Source of the DNA: Patescibacteria group bacterium | GTDB taxonomy: Bacteria > Patescibacteriota > Microgenomatia > JAMCZE01 | DNA: 64,000 bases | Assembly: GCA_023380635.1 (NCBI GenBank) | Contig: JAMCRP010000002.1 | Span: 42,458-106,457, forward strand | Direction: 5' to 3' | Position numbers and translations under genes: made by a program | The notes under the pieces: model-generated | Databases searched by the model: none | What the model saw: only the letters and a program-made list of their open reading frames with translations | What the model was told of the DNA's origin: nothing | Shown: one piece after another, positions 44,599 through 54,122 of the stretch | How positions within the stretch are numbered: the first letter of the stretch is position 1 | Layout of the letters: each line of letters begins with the position of its first letter

Positions 44599-45618
44599 AT
44601 GAACAATAAAGTTTCGTTTATCGCCGGAATTTTGATAACCGCTATTATTGCGGTCGGAGCGGTCCTGGCTATTACGATTGCTATTCGGACTAATACCACA
44701 GCCCCGGTTGCCCCAACTGTGCCACAGGCGAAACCCAAAGCAGCCGAGCCGACGACCCCCACAACAACCAGTGCCTGCAGCCTAAGTTTTACGGTCGCCG
44801 CTCTGCCGGTCACGCCGCTAAGTTGTGACTCGATTACGCTTAGCCCCAACGATTTAATAGCGACAGCAGCGGCTGCCAAGACCTTAACAGTTACCGGTAC
44901 CGGGAGTGGAACACTGACATATAGCTGGAGCGTGACCAGCAGCGGGACGAATGTGGGAACTCTTTCCTCGCCAACCAGCCAGACAACTACCTGGACGGCT
45001 CCGGCTACCCTTTCTGCTGACCAAACCTGGACGATTTCGGCGGGGGTAGGAGACAGCTCCGGCAAAGTCGCTGGCGGAGATAAATGTGTCGTAACTTTGA
45101 CTTATACAGCCCAGCCGAAACCGAGTCCGACCTGCAACACCTCCTGCACGAATTCTGCTGATTGTCCCAATGATCTGGCCTGTGTGGATGGTCGGTGCCG
45201 CAATGCCGCCTGTACCAACCAGTCAGATTGCCAATGCCCACCACCGCTTAAGACCTGTAACCAGTCCTGCGTTAAGACGGAGGAGTGCGGTAATGGCCTG
45301 ATCTGCGCCGGGGGAAATTGCCGTAATTCCGCTTGTATTACTGAGCCGAGTTGCTCCTGTCCGGCGCCAGCACCTGCCCCGACACCGGCGCCCGCGCCAG
45401 CACCTGCCCCAGTAGTGGTCGCAATGCATAAAACTTGCCAGAATAATGCCTGTGTCACTGTAAACGGAGCGGGAAGGAATACCTGCACTTCGGATGTCAG
45501 CTGTCAGCCGAAAGCTGCCCCACCGCCGATTCCTAAATCCGGTGTGGAACTGCCGACAATCGCGGCGATTGTGGGAGGAATAGGCTTGATTCTGCTGGGG
45601 TTGTTGGCCATCTTTTAA
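44599..45618 (+). CDS. secreted Cys-rich repeat protein with a C-terminal TM anchor
   Basis: Signal anchor; a four-fold C-x(3)-C-x(n)-C-x-DG-x-C-R-N-(A/S)-AC module (CNTSCTNSADCPNDLACVDGRCRNAAC ... CNQSCVKTEECGNGLICAGGNCRNSAC); (AP)n linker; C-terminal hydrophobic tail GVELPTIAAIVGGIGLILLGLLAIF. Confidence 0.5.
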   Translation: MNNKVSFIAGILITAIIAVGAVLAITIAIRTNTTAPVAPTVPQAKPKAAEPTTPTTTSACSLSFTVAALPVTPLSCDSITLSPNDLIATAAAAKTLTVTGTGSGTLTYSWSVTSSGTNVGTLSSPTSQTTTWTAPATLSADQTWTISAGVGDSSGKVAGGDKCVVTLTYTAQPKPSPTCNTSCTNSADCPNDLACVDGRCRNAACTNQSDCQCPPPLKTCNQSCVKTEECGNGLICAGGNCRNSACITEPSCSCPAPAPAPTPAPAPAPAPVVVAMHKTCQNNACVTVNGAGRNTCTSDVSCQPKAAPPPIPKSGVELPTIAAIVGGIGLILLGLLAIF

Positions 45619-46241
45619 CTTTCTTTTGATAAAGCTTCCTGGTAGTTTTTTTCTGCCTGGGCCCAGTTGACCAGATACCACCAATTCTTCACATAATCCG
45701 TTCGCTTGTTCTGGTACTTCAGATAATATGCGTGTTCCCAGACATCCAGGCCGATAATGGGTGTGTGTCCGAGGGTAAGCGGCGAGTCCTGATTAGCGGT
45801 TTCGGTAATCATGATTCCTTCCGCAGTATTTACCAGCCAAGCGTAACCGGAACCAAAGTGTGAAGTAGCGACCTTGCTAAACCGTTCCTGGAAAGCGGTA
45901 AAACTGTCAAAGACTTTATCGATAGCGGCCGCTAATTTTCCGGTTGGCAGCGGCAGGACATCTTCATGGTTGGGAGCCATCACTTCCCAATATAATTCGT
46001 GATTAACCACGCCCCCGGCATTATTACGGATTTTGGTTTTAATGTCCGCCGGAATGTCTTCCAAATTTATTAATAAATCTTCAGGACTTTGGGCTTCCAG
46101 ATCAGGATAACTCGCCACGGCCTCGTTCAGGTTTTTAACATAAGTTGCCTGATGGCCGTCATGGTGGATCCGCACGGTTTTTTCGTCAATGTAGGGTTCC
46201 AGTGCGGCAAAATCATATGGCAGCGGTTTTAAGATATACAT
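45615..46241 (-). CDS. Fe/Mn-family superoxide dismutase
   Basis: LPYDFAALEPYIDEKTVRIHHDGHQATYV and C-terminal DVWEHAYYLKYQNKR (metal ligands). Confidence 0.92.
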   Translation of the reverse strand: MYILKPLPYDFAALEPYIDEKTVRIHHDGHQATYVKNLNEAVASYPDLEAQSPEDLLINLEDIPADIKTKIRNNAGGVVNHELYWEVMAPNHEDVLPLPTGKLAAAIDKVFDSFTAFQERFSKVATSHFGSGYAWLVNTAEGIMITETANQDSPLTLGHTPIIGLDVWEHAYYLKYQNKRTDYVKNWWYLVNWAQAEKNYQEALSKES

Positions 46242-46247
46242 ATTAAT

Positions 46248-46700
46248 TTACCCCCGCGGGTACTCCGGGGAATAGAGTCCGACCAGTTCAGCCCGGGCAA
46301 TGACGGCATTTTTTATCGCTTCTTCGAGTTCGTCGCGGTCGGCGCCCGGTTCCAGAGTTAAAAGTTTATTTAACGCGGACAACATGAAACGATAATGATG
46401 AACGCCTTCCGGCGGGCAAGGGGGGATATATCCGGTTTTTCGGGCGGAATTGGTGCCGGCTACCGCTTCGGCCGGAGTAGTTCCTTCAGGAATTTCCGTG
46501 ATCGTGGGGTTAATATTCCAGAGCAGCCAGTGGTCAAAAGTGCCGTTAGGCGCGTCAGGGTCGTCAACAATCAGGACCAGACTTTGGGCTTCGGCCGGGA
46601 CATCGGAAATTTCCAAGGGAGGATTAATACCGTCACCGTCGCAGGTGTAGATGGGGGGAATTGCTTCCTGGTTAGCAAAAGCCGGAGAGCTTATTTGCAT
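46248..46700 (-). CDS. PEBP-family protein (YbhB/YbcL-like)
   Basis: IPPIYTCDGDGINPPLEI...LVLIVDDPDAPNGTFDHWLLWNI...PPCPPEGVHHYRFMLSAL. Confidence 0.85.
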   Translation of the reverse strand: MQISSPAFANQEAIPPIYTCDGDGINPPLEISDVPAEAQSLVLIVDDPDAPNGTFDHWLLWNINPTITEIPEGTTPAEAVAGTNSARKTGYIPPCPPEGVHHYRFMLSALNKLLTLEPGADRDELEEAIKNAVIARAELVGLYSPEYPRG

Positions 46701-46755
46701 ATTCTTACGATTTTATCTTTAAATTGTAAAAACATAAACGGAGAATGGTTAAGAT

Positions 46756-47220
46756 ATGGATTTAGTTTTGGCCGCAATTCTGGCCGCTGCGATTATTTTT
46801 TCCGCCTGGAAAGGAGGAACTCCGTTGCAGAAATTTTTTGAAGCGCCGCTGACAGACATTGCCAATAATCAAAGTCCTACGCTTCCCGGCGGGGCGCCGC
46901 TGGCTAATCCCTGGATTTATCCCGGAGCCACGCAAATTGATAATTCTAGCGGAGTAGTGACTTACGAAACTACCGACGAACCTTCCGCCGTAACTTCGTG
47001 GTACCAGGACCAGATTGCCAGAGGGGGGATGACCGTCACCTCGTACATTGTTACTAACACCAATGACAATGTGATCAACCGCCTGGTTGGCGCCAGTGCG
47101 GATGGCAGTGAAATTGAAGTGGAAATTGTCCGCCTGGCGGGAAGCAGTTACACGACGATTAGCCTTGGTGGAAGCGGAAACAGTACTACTATTCCGGGGC
47201 AAAATGCCCAGTCTATTTAA
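46756..47220 (+). CDS. hypothetical exported protein
   Basis: N-terminal TM/signal (LVLAAILAAAIIFSAW); 154 aa. Confidence 0.4.
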   Translation: MDLVLAAILAAAIIFSAWKGGTPLQKFFEAPLTDIANNQSPTLPGGAPLANPWIYPGATQIDNSSGVVTYETTDEPSAVTSWYQDQIARGGMTVTSYIVTNTNDNVINRLVGASADGSEIEVEIVRLAGSSYTTISLGGSGNSTTIPGQNAQSI

Positions 47221-47229
47221 CCACCCGTT

Positions 47230-47781
47230 ATGATGCGCAAATTAATAATCGTGGCAGCAGTCCTCGGACTATTAGTAATAGCCGGGGGTAAATGGCTTAG
47301 CAGCCGCGCCAAACAAACTACGGTCGCCGATGCCACCAGCGTTACCGCTCAAGCCTCCGATGCTCCACTAAAATCAACCGAGATTAACCGGGAGTTTAGT
47401 TTTCCCATGCTGGATGCCAGCGGAAACGAAATTACCAAATTAAGCTATACGATCCAGTCGGCAGAGTTGCGAAATAATATTATCCTGCGCGGCCAGGAAG
47501 CGACAGCGGCTCCGGGCAAGGTGTTCTTAATTTTTAATTTGAAACTGCGCAATGGCTCTCCGGCCGGCGTGCAGCTTAACACGGCCGACTATTTGCGCTT
47601 AAATGTGAACGACAGTTCTGACTGGGTAGCTGCCGAAATTACCAACGATCCGGTAACGGTGCCGGCGATTTCCACTAAATTCACCCGGGTCGGTTTTCCC
47701 ATCAGTACTTCCGATAAAGATTACAAATTACAGGCTGGGGAAATAAAGGGCAGCAAAACCGTTATTCCCGTGAACTTCTAA
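47230..47781 (+). CDS. hypothetical exported protein (DUF4352-like beta-sandwich suspected)
   Basis: Signal anchor; GKVFLIFNLKLRNGSPAGVQLNTADYLRLNV resembles a DUF4352-type core. Inference only. Confidence 0.4.
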   Translation: MMRKLIIVAAVLGLLVIAGGKWLSSRAKQTTVADATSVTAQASDAPLKSTEINREFSFPMLDASGNEITKLSYTIQSAELRNNIILRGQEATAAPGKVFLIFNLKLRNGSPAGVQLNTADYLRLNVNDSSDWVAAEITNDPVTVPAISTKFTRVGFPISTSDKDYKLQAGEIKGSKTVIPVNF

Positions 47782-47921
47782 ATATAAATTCCCGTTCCTT
47801 CTTACATCTTCTTACTTTCCTTTCAACCGGTTCTCGTCAGAATCAGTTACTATCGGCCTCGAAGTGTCCTCGGTAGTTTAAGGCTACCGATTGCATTCTC
47901 AAAAAGGGAGGGGGTGAAATA

Positions 47922-49181
47922 ATGATTAAAGCAAAAATAGGAGCTATCCTCGCTTCAGGAGCCCTGCTTCTTTCCACTGCTATGCCAGCTTTTGCTCAGG
48001 GAACAACCAATCTAACGGTCTCTGATAATGGGGCTGACACGAACAATGTTATCAACAGTGATGTTACCAAGACCAATACTGTCGTGCAAAATAATACCGC
48101 GACAGTGACTAACGCGGTAACAGTAACCGGCGATACCGGCGGCAATGATGCCAACAAAAACACCGGCGGGTCCGTTTCCATTCAAACCGGAGACGCGACT
48201 TCCCGGGTTACCTTGAGCACTAAAGCCAATGTGAATGTGGCGACAACGCCGGATTGTAACGGATGCAGCGGGACTCTTAACGGATCAATTTCCGGAAATG
48301 GAGCAGACTCATATAACCATATTAATGCCAGTCAGACGACCACCAATTCGGTCTTCCAGAATAATCTGGCGGATATTACTAATGCCGTGACCACGGATTT
48401 GACGACCGGTGACAACCGGGCGAATGAAAATACCGGAGGAACTAGCGGCAAAGATGTGGCCATTATGACCGGCAATGCCGGATCAGAAGTAACCGTCAAT
48501 AACCGGGCTAATGCCAATCTGGCTAATCTCGGCGGCGGAACCGGGGCGGGCGGCAGTTCGACGACCAATTTGACGATTAGTCAAAACGGCGCGGACAGCA
48601 ACAGCACGATTAACCGTTCCAACATGCGGACAGACACGATTACCCAGAGCAATCTGGCGGATATTTCTAACGCCTTGACCCTTAGTGGCGGTACCGGCGG
48701 AAACCGGGCTGACGAAAATACCAATGACAGTGTTTTTGTCGGAACCGGAGACACGGCAGCTATCGCTACGGTCATGAACCGAGCCAATTTCAACGCGGCG
48801 ACGACCGATTGTGGCTGTCTTCTGACGGACAACAAAACAATTTCCGGAAATGGGGCAGACTCGTATAACCAGGTGAACCAAAGCCTTGCTGACAGTTTAA
48901 TGCTGTTTCAGGGCAGTGGTGACGAGCATCAAGCCGGCAACGGGGCCATGTTTAGTAATGCACTAACTATTGATCCTGTCACCGGGACAAACCACACTAA
49001 CGAGAATACCGGCACGACCGGGGCTAACGGAGTGGCGGTTTTAACCGGTAATTCCGGCAGTTTGGCGACGATTAACAATACGACCGGCGCCAATGTTTTC
49101 GGAAGTCTGACTCTACCCAACGGAACCGACCTGGGTCTTTCCTTTGACATGGGCGGTCTCTTTGGTTTTTTAGGGGTCTAA
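47922..49181 (+). CDS. secreted repeat protein (4x ~95-aa N/T/G-rich repeats)
   Basis: Signal peptide (ASGALLLSTAMPAFAQG). Repeats of the form SxNGADxNxxINxSxxxTxxVxQxNxAxxTNAxTxxxxTGxNxAxxNTGG...xTGxA. RBS agggaggggg upstream. Confidence 0.6.
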   Translation: MIKAKIGAILASGALLLSTAMPAFAQGTTNLTVSDNGADTNNVINSDVTKTNTVVQNNTATVTNAVTVTGDTGGNDANKNTGGSVSIQTGDATSRVTLSTKANVNVATTPDCNGCSGTLNGSISGNGADSYNHINASQTTTNSVFQNNLADITNAVTTDLTTGDNRANENTGGTSGKDVAIMTGNAGSEVTVNNRANANLANLGGGTGAGGSSTTNLTISQNGADSNSTINRSNMRTDTITQSNLADISNALTLSGGTGGNRADENTNDSVFVGTGDTAAIATVMNRANFNAATTDCGCLLTDNKTISGNGADSYNQVNQSLADSLMLFQGSGDEHQAGNGAMFSNALTIDPVTGTNHTNENTGTTGANGVAVLTGNSGSLATINNTTGANVFGSLTLPNGTDLGLSFDMGGLFGFLGV

Positions 49182-49242
49182 GTTTTTCCGGGTAGGTCTC
49201 CCGGTGTGCGGCACTTCCGCCGGGAGCCTGCCAGAAATAAAA

Positions 49243-51444
49243 ATGATTAAATTTTCAATTAAAAAGAAAATAGCCGTCATCTTTTTAGCAATACTTTTAT
49301 TAGTACCGAGCAGTTATCCGGTATTGGCTGAAGAGACCAGTCCGGCGGCTCCGACAGCACCGAGTGCTCCTTCAGCTCCAACCGCGCCGTCTGAACCAAG
49401 TGCCCCGTCTGCACCGTCAACGCCCAGCGCACCCACTGCTCCGTCAACGCCCGAATCTCCGGCAGCAACAACGCCGGCTCCGGCCACAGATACCGTTTCT
49501 GCTAATCCCTCACCAGCCGCCGATCCGGCGCCGGCGACGCCAACTCAGCCACCGGCAACAACAACCCCGGTCCCGACTACCACGGCTGCCTCTACTGATC
49601 CGGCTCCAACAGCGAATACTACAAGTTCCGGAAGTCAGATTGCCACCGGCGGGACAGGTGAAACCAATTTAACAACCGCGCCGGCAACCACAACCGTAAC
49701 CGGAGTAGTTGACGGAAATACAAATTTAGCAAATCCCTCGTCCGGTAACTCGGCAACAGGAAGCGCAGACGATCCGGCAAACACGAATAACGGAGCGGGG
49801 TCCAATAACACCGCCAACGATACCAGTACTGCAACTAATAATGCTACCCAAACAAATACGGCGGCGGTTGATAATACCGTGACCGCCGCTTCAGTGACCG
49901 GGAACAATATCGCTTCCAAAAATACCGGCGGCGATACCAACTTAACCACCGGTGACGCCAATGTTTCCGGAACTCTTTTAACCACTGTCAACACGAATGC
50001 GGCCGGGGCGACAGTGGCGACTTTTAATGTGGCGGACAATCACACCGGGGATATTATTCTTGATCCCGGCAATGCCAGTGTTGTCAGTAACGGCAGTAAC
50101 CAAAGTAGCCTCAGTAACCAAAGTAACGGCGGCGGCTCGACAAATACCGTGGGGGCAGCTTCTACTGACACGGCAAATACTTTCCAAAACAATGTCGCCA
50201 CAGTCGGCGGCAGTTTAATTCTCACCGCCAATTCCGGTACCAACCAGGCGAATCTCAACACTGACGGGAATACCGGCGTAACAACGGGCAATGCCAATGT
50301 CGCCGGCAATGTTTTAAATTTCGTGAACAACAACATTGCGGGGAATGTTCTTTATAATGTCGTTAATATTTACGGCAAGTTAACCGGCGATATTATTTTG
50401 CCCGCATTGGCAGGCAGCAGTAACAACAGTGACCAAAGTAACCTCAGTAACCAAAGTAACGGCGATGGTTCGACAAATTCGGCAACAACCTCGGCAGAAA
50501 CTTCTGACGCGACTTTCCAAAATAATTCCGCAGACATTACCAATAATTTAGTATTAACCGCCACGACCGGCAGCAACAATAATAACCTCAATACCGGGGG
50601 CGACACGGCGGTTAAAAGCGGCACAGCGTCTGTCGATGCCAAAACGGTGACGGTGGCCAACACTAATGTGTCGGCCGGACAAACTGTTTGGCTGGTCCTG
50701 GTAAATGAAGCCGGCAAATGGGTGGGGCATATTTTGGGGATGGATCCGGGAACCAATGTCGCTGCTTCTTCAGGAACCACGGTAACCAATTCCGGAAACG
50801 GAGCAGACAGCATCAATGTGACCAACAGCAGTAACACCAGTAACAATTTAGTTGAACAAACCAACCTGTCAAAAGTGGTAAACAATCTTTTATTGTCGGC
50901 CAATACCGGCGGTAACCAGGCTAATAAAAACACCGGAGGAAACTCCACGATTTCCACGGGAAATGCCCAAATTATTGCCAATGTGGTGAATTTTGTGAAT
51001 GACAATATTGCCGGCGACGCCCGGCTGGTAGTCACTGTCGTGAATGTCTTTGGCAGCTGGTTCGGGGACTTTGTGACGCCGGGACAAACCAAAGAAAAAC
51101 CGACCGATCCGCCGGCGCCCGCGGAAAACAACCAGGAACAAATTACCGCTCAAAATACAGAAAGCCAAAACCAGCAGCCGCAAACAACCACGACGGTTAC
51201 TCAGACAGAAGAGAGTGTCACCCAGTTCGTCCATTCAGTCTTTTCTTCGCAGAACTTTCAGTCGGTCGCCGGAGCTAACACGGCGGAGCAGTCGGGACCA
51301 AATCTGGTAGCGGCGGCGCACGCTCTGTCTCTGCCGGCCAACTCCACCGCCCGGCGGATGGTAACAATTAATCTGGCTTATCTTCTGGGGTTAATTCCGC
51401 TAATTCTTGCAGGATTATGGCTAAAGCGCTATGCTCGAAAATAA
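49243..51444 (+). CDS. secreted repeat surface protein with a P/S/T/A linker and a C-terminal hydrophobic anchor plus basic tail
   Basis: Signal peptide MIKFSIKKKIAVIFLAILLLVPSSYPVLA (the longest ORF starts at 49204); (PSAPxAPS)n linker; the same N-x-A-x-I-x-N ... NTGG ... TGNA repeat family as 47922; C-terminal SLPANSTARRMVTINLAYLLGLIPLILAGLWLKRYARK. Confidence 0.6.
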   Translation: MIKFSIKKKIAVIFLAILLLVPSSYPVLAEETSPAAPTAPSAPSAPTAPSEPSAPSAPSTPSAPTAPSTPESPAATTPAPATDTVSANPSPAADPAPATPTQPPATTTPVPTTTAASTDPAPTANTTSSGSQIATGGTGETNLTTAPATTTVTGVVDGNTNLANPSSGNSATGSADDPANTNNGAGSNNTANDTSTATNNATQTNTAAVDNTVTAASVTGNNIASKNTGGDTNLTTGDANVSGTLLTTVNTNAAGATVATFNVADNHTGDIILDPGNASVVSNGSNQSSLSNQSNGGGSTNTVGAASTDTANTFQNNVATVGGSLILTANSGTNQANLNTDGNTGVTTGNANVAGNVLNFVNNNIAGNVLYNVVNIYGKLTGDIILPALAGSSNNSDQSNLSNQSNGDGSTNSATTSAETSDATFQNNSADITNNLVLTATTGSNNNNLNTGGDTAVKSGTASVDAKTVTVANTNVSAGQTVWLVLVNEAGKWVGHILGMDPGTNVAASSGTTVTNSGNGADSINVTNSSNTSNNLVEQTNLSKVVNNLLLSANTGGNQANKNTGGNSTISTGNAQIIANVVNFVNDNIAGDARLVVTVVNVFGSWFGDFVTPGQTKEKPTDPPAPAENNQEQITAQNTESQNQQPQTTTTVTQTEESVTQFVHSVFSSQNFQSVAGANTAEQSGPNLVAAAHALSLPANSTARRMVTINLAYLLGLIPLILAGLWLKRYARK

Positions 51445-52025
51445 TTATTCTCCTCCTCTTAATCGTTGGGTCTGGCCCTGGTTTCGCGCTGGCGGAATCT
51501 AATTCTGATATTTCCGGCAATGGGACCGGCACCACTAACGACATTTCTTCGGCGGTGACTTCGCAAACAACAGTGGTTCAGGCGTCGCCGGTAACTAAAA
51601 TTGAAAATATAATAAGTTTGGGCGCGGATACCGGCGGAAACAAGGCCAGCAAAAATATCGGTGAGGTTTCGATTGAAACGGGGAGTATTACGCAGGAAGT
51701 AAAAATTGAAAATAAAGCCAACGCCAATGTTACTGTTACTCCGCCCTGTCCGCCGTCTCCACCTCCGCCCGGACCACCGCCTCCTGGTCCGCCTCAGCCC
51801 CCAATCCTCCCTTCCGGAGGAGGGGAAAATAATAACAATACCAGTAGCAACACGACAGTAACGGAAACCAGCAGTTCCGGCAATAATACCGGTTCGTCTC
51901 CAAATAGCCCTGAAGTTCTTGGAGCCAGTACCGGGGAAATTTTGCCGGCAACCGGAAACAACTGGTACCCTGCGGTAGTTTTGCTATGGTTCGTTTTAAT
52001 CTCACTTGGCTTGGCAATTCGCTGA
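51417..52025 (+). CDS. LPXTG-type (LPATG) cell-wall-sorting-signal surface protein
   Basis: Signal peptide; the same repeat family; C-terminal EILPATG + NNWYPAVVLLWFVLISLGLAI + R is a canonical sortase sorting signal. Confidence 0.7.
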   Translation: MAKALCSKIIILLLLIVGSGPGFALAESNSDISGNGTGTTNDISSAVTSQTTVVQASPVTKIENIISLGADTGGNKASKNIGEVSIETGSITQEVKIENKANANVTVTPPCPPSPPPPGPPPPGPPQPPILPSGGGENNNNTSSNTTVTETSSSGNNTGSSPNSPEVLGASTGEILPATGNNWYPAVVLLWFVLISLGLAIR

Positions 52026-52534
52026 TTGCCCTGGGTCTGGCAGGGATAATTTTCACTTTTTATCCGCTGTTTGCTGTTTATTTCGCCAAACCGCCTCCGG
52101 TTCCCGCTGCCGACTCGGGAATTTATTTAAGTATTCCTAAAATTAATGCGGTTGCCCCGATAGTTTTAGGAGTTAATTCTCAGAATCCCGCGGCTTATCA
52201 AAAAGCTCTAGAACACGGGGTAGCTCAAGCGGCAGGAACTGCTCTTCCGGGTCAGCCGGGGACAATATATATATTTGCCCACTCTTCAGATCTACCTTGG
52301 CGTTTGACCCGCTACAACGCCGTATTTTTGCGCCTGGGAGAACTGACTAACGGGGATAAAATCACCATTACGGATAACGGTGTCGTATACAAGTACACTG
52401 TCTTTGATAAAAAAGTCGTCTGGCCAAACCAGGGACAATACTTACATCAGACTGCGAGTCAGCTTATTCTTCAGACTTGTACACCTCCCGGCACGGCCCT
52501 GGAGCGCCTTCTCATCTTCGCTCGGCCTGATTAA
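51986..52534 (+). CDS. sortase, adjacent to and overlapping its LPATG substrate gene
   Basis: N-terminal TM; IFAHS (His) and LILQTC (TLxTC) motifs; paralogue of 11192..11869. Confidence 0.8.
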   Translation: MVRFNLTWLGNSLIALGLAGIIFTFYPLFAVYFAKPPPVPAADSGIYLSIPKINAVAPIVLGVNSQNPAAYQKALEHGVAQAAGTALPGQPGTIYIFAHSSDLPWRLTRYNAVFLRLGELTNGDKITITDNGVVYKYTVFDKKVVWPNQGQYLHQTASQLILQTCTPPGTALERLLIFARPD

Positions 52535-52966
52535 TTAAGAAGTTTTTTCTGCGATCTTACTGATCTGTCCGGCCGTAAAGTTAAATTGAAAAAGGACATG
52601 GGGATAGATGTTAACTATTGACCGATAAAGACTGGCAGGAGAAGTAAAATCCAGATTTTTGGAAAGCAGCTGGGTGTCAATTTCCACATTTTGGGAAGCC
52701 TGGCAGATTTGGTCAGTCCCGTTTGGAGCCGTCTGGCAATTTTGATTAAAAATGCCTGACGGATTATCGACCGGAGCGATTGTCATATTAACCATGGCAT
52801 TATTAAACGAGATATTTTTGATATACCCGGAAGCAACCGGCGGGATCGGCGCGGGAATTATGGCTCTGGCAGGTTCAAGAGATAACCAGCCGAACGCTGC
52901 CAGGATACCGGCAATTATTAAAACAATAAAAATTCCCAGCAAGACAAAGGTGAAGTTCTTCAGCAT
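52535..52966 (-). CDS. hypothetical membrane-anchored protein
   Basis: N-terminal TM (FVLLGIFIVLIIAGILAAFGWL); 143 aa. Confidence 0.4.
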   Translation of the reverse strand: MLKNFTFVLLGIFIVLIIAGILAAFGWLSLEPARAIIPAPIPPVASGYIKNISFNNAMVNMTIAPVDNPSGIFNQNCQTAPNGTDQICQASQNVEIDTQLLSKNLDFTSPASLYRSIVNIYPHVLFQFNFTAGQISKIAEKTS

Positions 52967-53079
52967 AGTTCCATACTATTCTCGAAAAATTAAATTTCTG
53001 AAAGAGCATGACCGAGCCTTGCCCCTTTCTTACAAAATTTTAGCCCCTTTTTTGTGCCTGAGCATTACCTTTAGACCCA

Positions 53080-53412
53080 ATGCTTGATATACCAGATAGG
53101 CAAAATATTACGGTTGACCATCAGGAGATTGCCGCTTGGGCGCAAAAGTTTAACGGCCGGCCGCAGCGAATCGGAGAAAATGGTTACAGTTCCATCCGCA
53201 TCGATTTTCCTGGTCACGGTGATGACACTTTTTTCAGTTCCGATAAACGCCCCGTGAACATCAGTTGGGACGAATTTTTCCGGATATTTGAAGAACAGCA
53301 CTTGGCTTTTATTCACGAAGACAAGGATGTTTTCGACCCCAGTCTGGCTTATCACTTCATTAAACGGGAAAACGCTTTCGAGGAAGAAACTATCGATCAC
53401 ATCTTCGGCTGA
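53080..53412 (+). CDS. hypothetical protein (ambiguous; a fully overlapping minus-strand ORF 53071..53400 exists)
   Basis: Charged, soluble-looking sequence (ISWDEFFRIFEEQHLAFIHEDKD). The antisense ORF has a GTGA overlap with the upstream phosphoesterase gene, so strand assignment is unresolved. Confidence 0.3.
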   Translation: MLDIPDRQNITVDHQEIAAWAQKFNGRPQRIGENGYSSIRIDFPGHGDDTFFSSDKRPVNISWDEFFRIFEEQHLAFIHEDKDVFDPSLAYHFIKRENAFEEETIDHIFG

Positions 53413-54122
53413 TTTTTAACCTCATACAGATAAAACGACTTCGGCGGCGACAGGTGACGCAGAACATCCAAGGCGACATTATGAACAGGAACCCCTTTTG
53501 GGGTTTTTCCCTGAAACTTTCCGTGGTGGGAATGACCGTGGAAGACGATGGTCGCGCCTAAATTATCAATGGGTTCGACTAACCGTGAGGAGCCTAAAAA
53601 TGGATAAACTTCCAACGATTCGCCTTCAATCGTCTCGGTGATCGGAGCATAGTGCAGCAGGACTATTTTTATTTTGGTCTCCAGATGGGATAGAGCCCGC
53701 TCCAGTTTTAGAGTCTCACCGATATCATCCGTGGCAAAAACTTTTATCGCCGGTTCCCCCCAGGGCGGCAGGTGGTGGGGGGCAAAGCCCCCGCCAAAGC
53801 CCTTGGCCCCGGCAAAACCCACACCGTCTTTAACGACCCAGTCGCCATCAAGAACCTGGACCCGTTCGCTTTCAATAATTTTTGTGACTTCCTCGATTTG
53901 GTCGCTCTCGAAGTCATGATTGCCTAGAACAGCCAGGACGGGGATGGAACAGTCTTTAAGCTGAGCTGCCAGGACTTTAGCCTCCGAAGGCTCGCCATGG
54001 TCGGTCAGGTCGCCGCCTAAAAGAAGAATATCCGCTTTTCCGGACACTTCCTTAAAAATTTCCCGGCAACTGTCGGGCTCGGATATTTTGGTGTGCAAAT
54101 CGGCAAGAGCAGCAATAATCAA
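53397..54122 (-). CDS. calcineurin-like metallophosphoesterase
   Basis: LLLGGDLTDHG, VLGNHD and a GHSHH-type motif in canonical order. Confidence 0.8.
   Translation of the reverse strand: MIIAALADLHTKISEPDSCREIFKEVSGKADILLLGGDLTDHGEPSEAKVLAAQLKDCSIPVLAVLGNHDFESDQIEEVTKIIESERVQVLDGDWVVKDGVGFAGAKGFGGGFAPHHLPPWGEPAIKVFATDDIGETLKLERALSHLETKIKIVLLHYAPITETIEGESLEVYPFLGSSRLVEPIDNLGATIVFHGHSHHGKFQGKTPKGVPVHNVALDVLRHLSPPKSFYLYEVKNQPKM

Noticed and set aside
49364-49672. Arg/Gln/Pro-rich 102-codon ORF in another frame of the PT-linker region of the 746-aa surface protein
   Set aside because: Frame-shifted reading of the (PSAPTAPS)n linker repeats; low-complexity artefact.
53071-53400. Minus-strand 109-codon ORF fully overlapping the plus-strand ORF 53080-53412
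   Set aside because: Not firmly rejected. It has a GTG start overlapping the upstream gene's stop (GTGA), which supports it, but its composition (F/L/S/V-rich) looks more like an antisense frame than the charged plus-strand product. Only one of the two can be real; this is flagged as unresolved.
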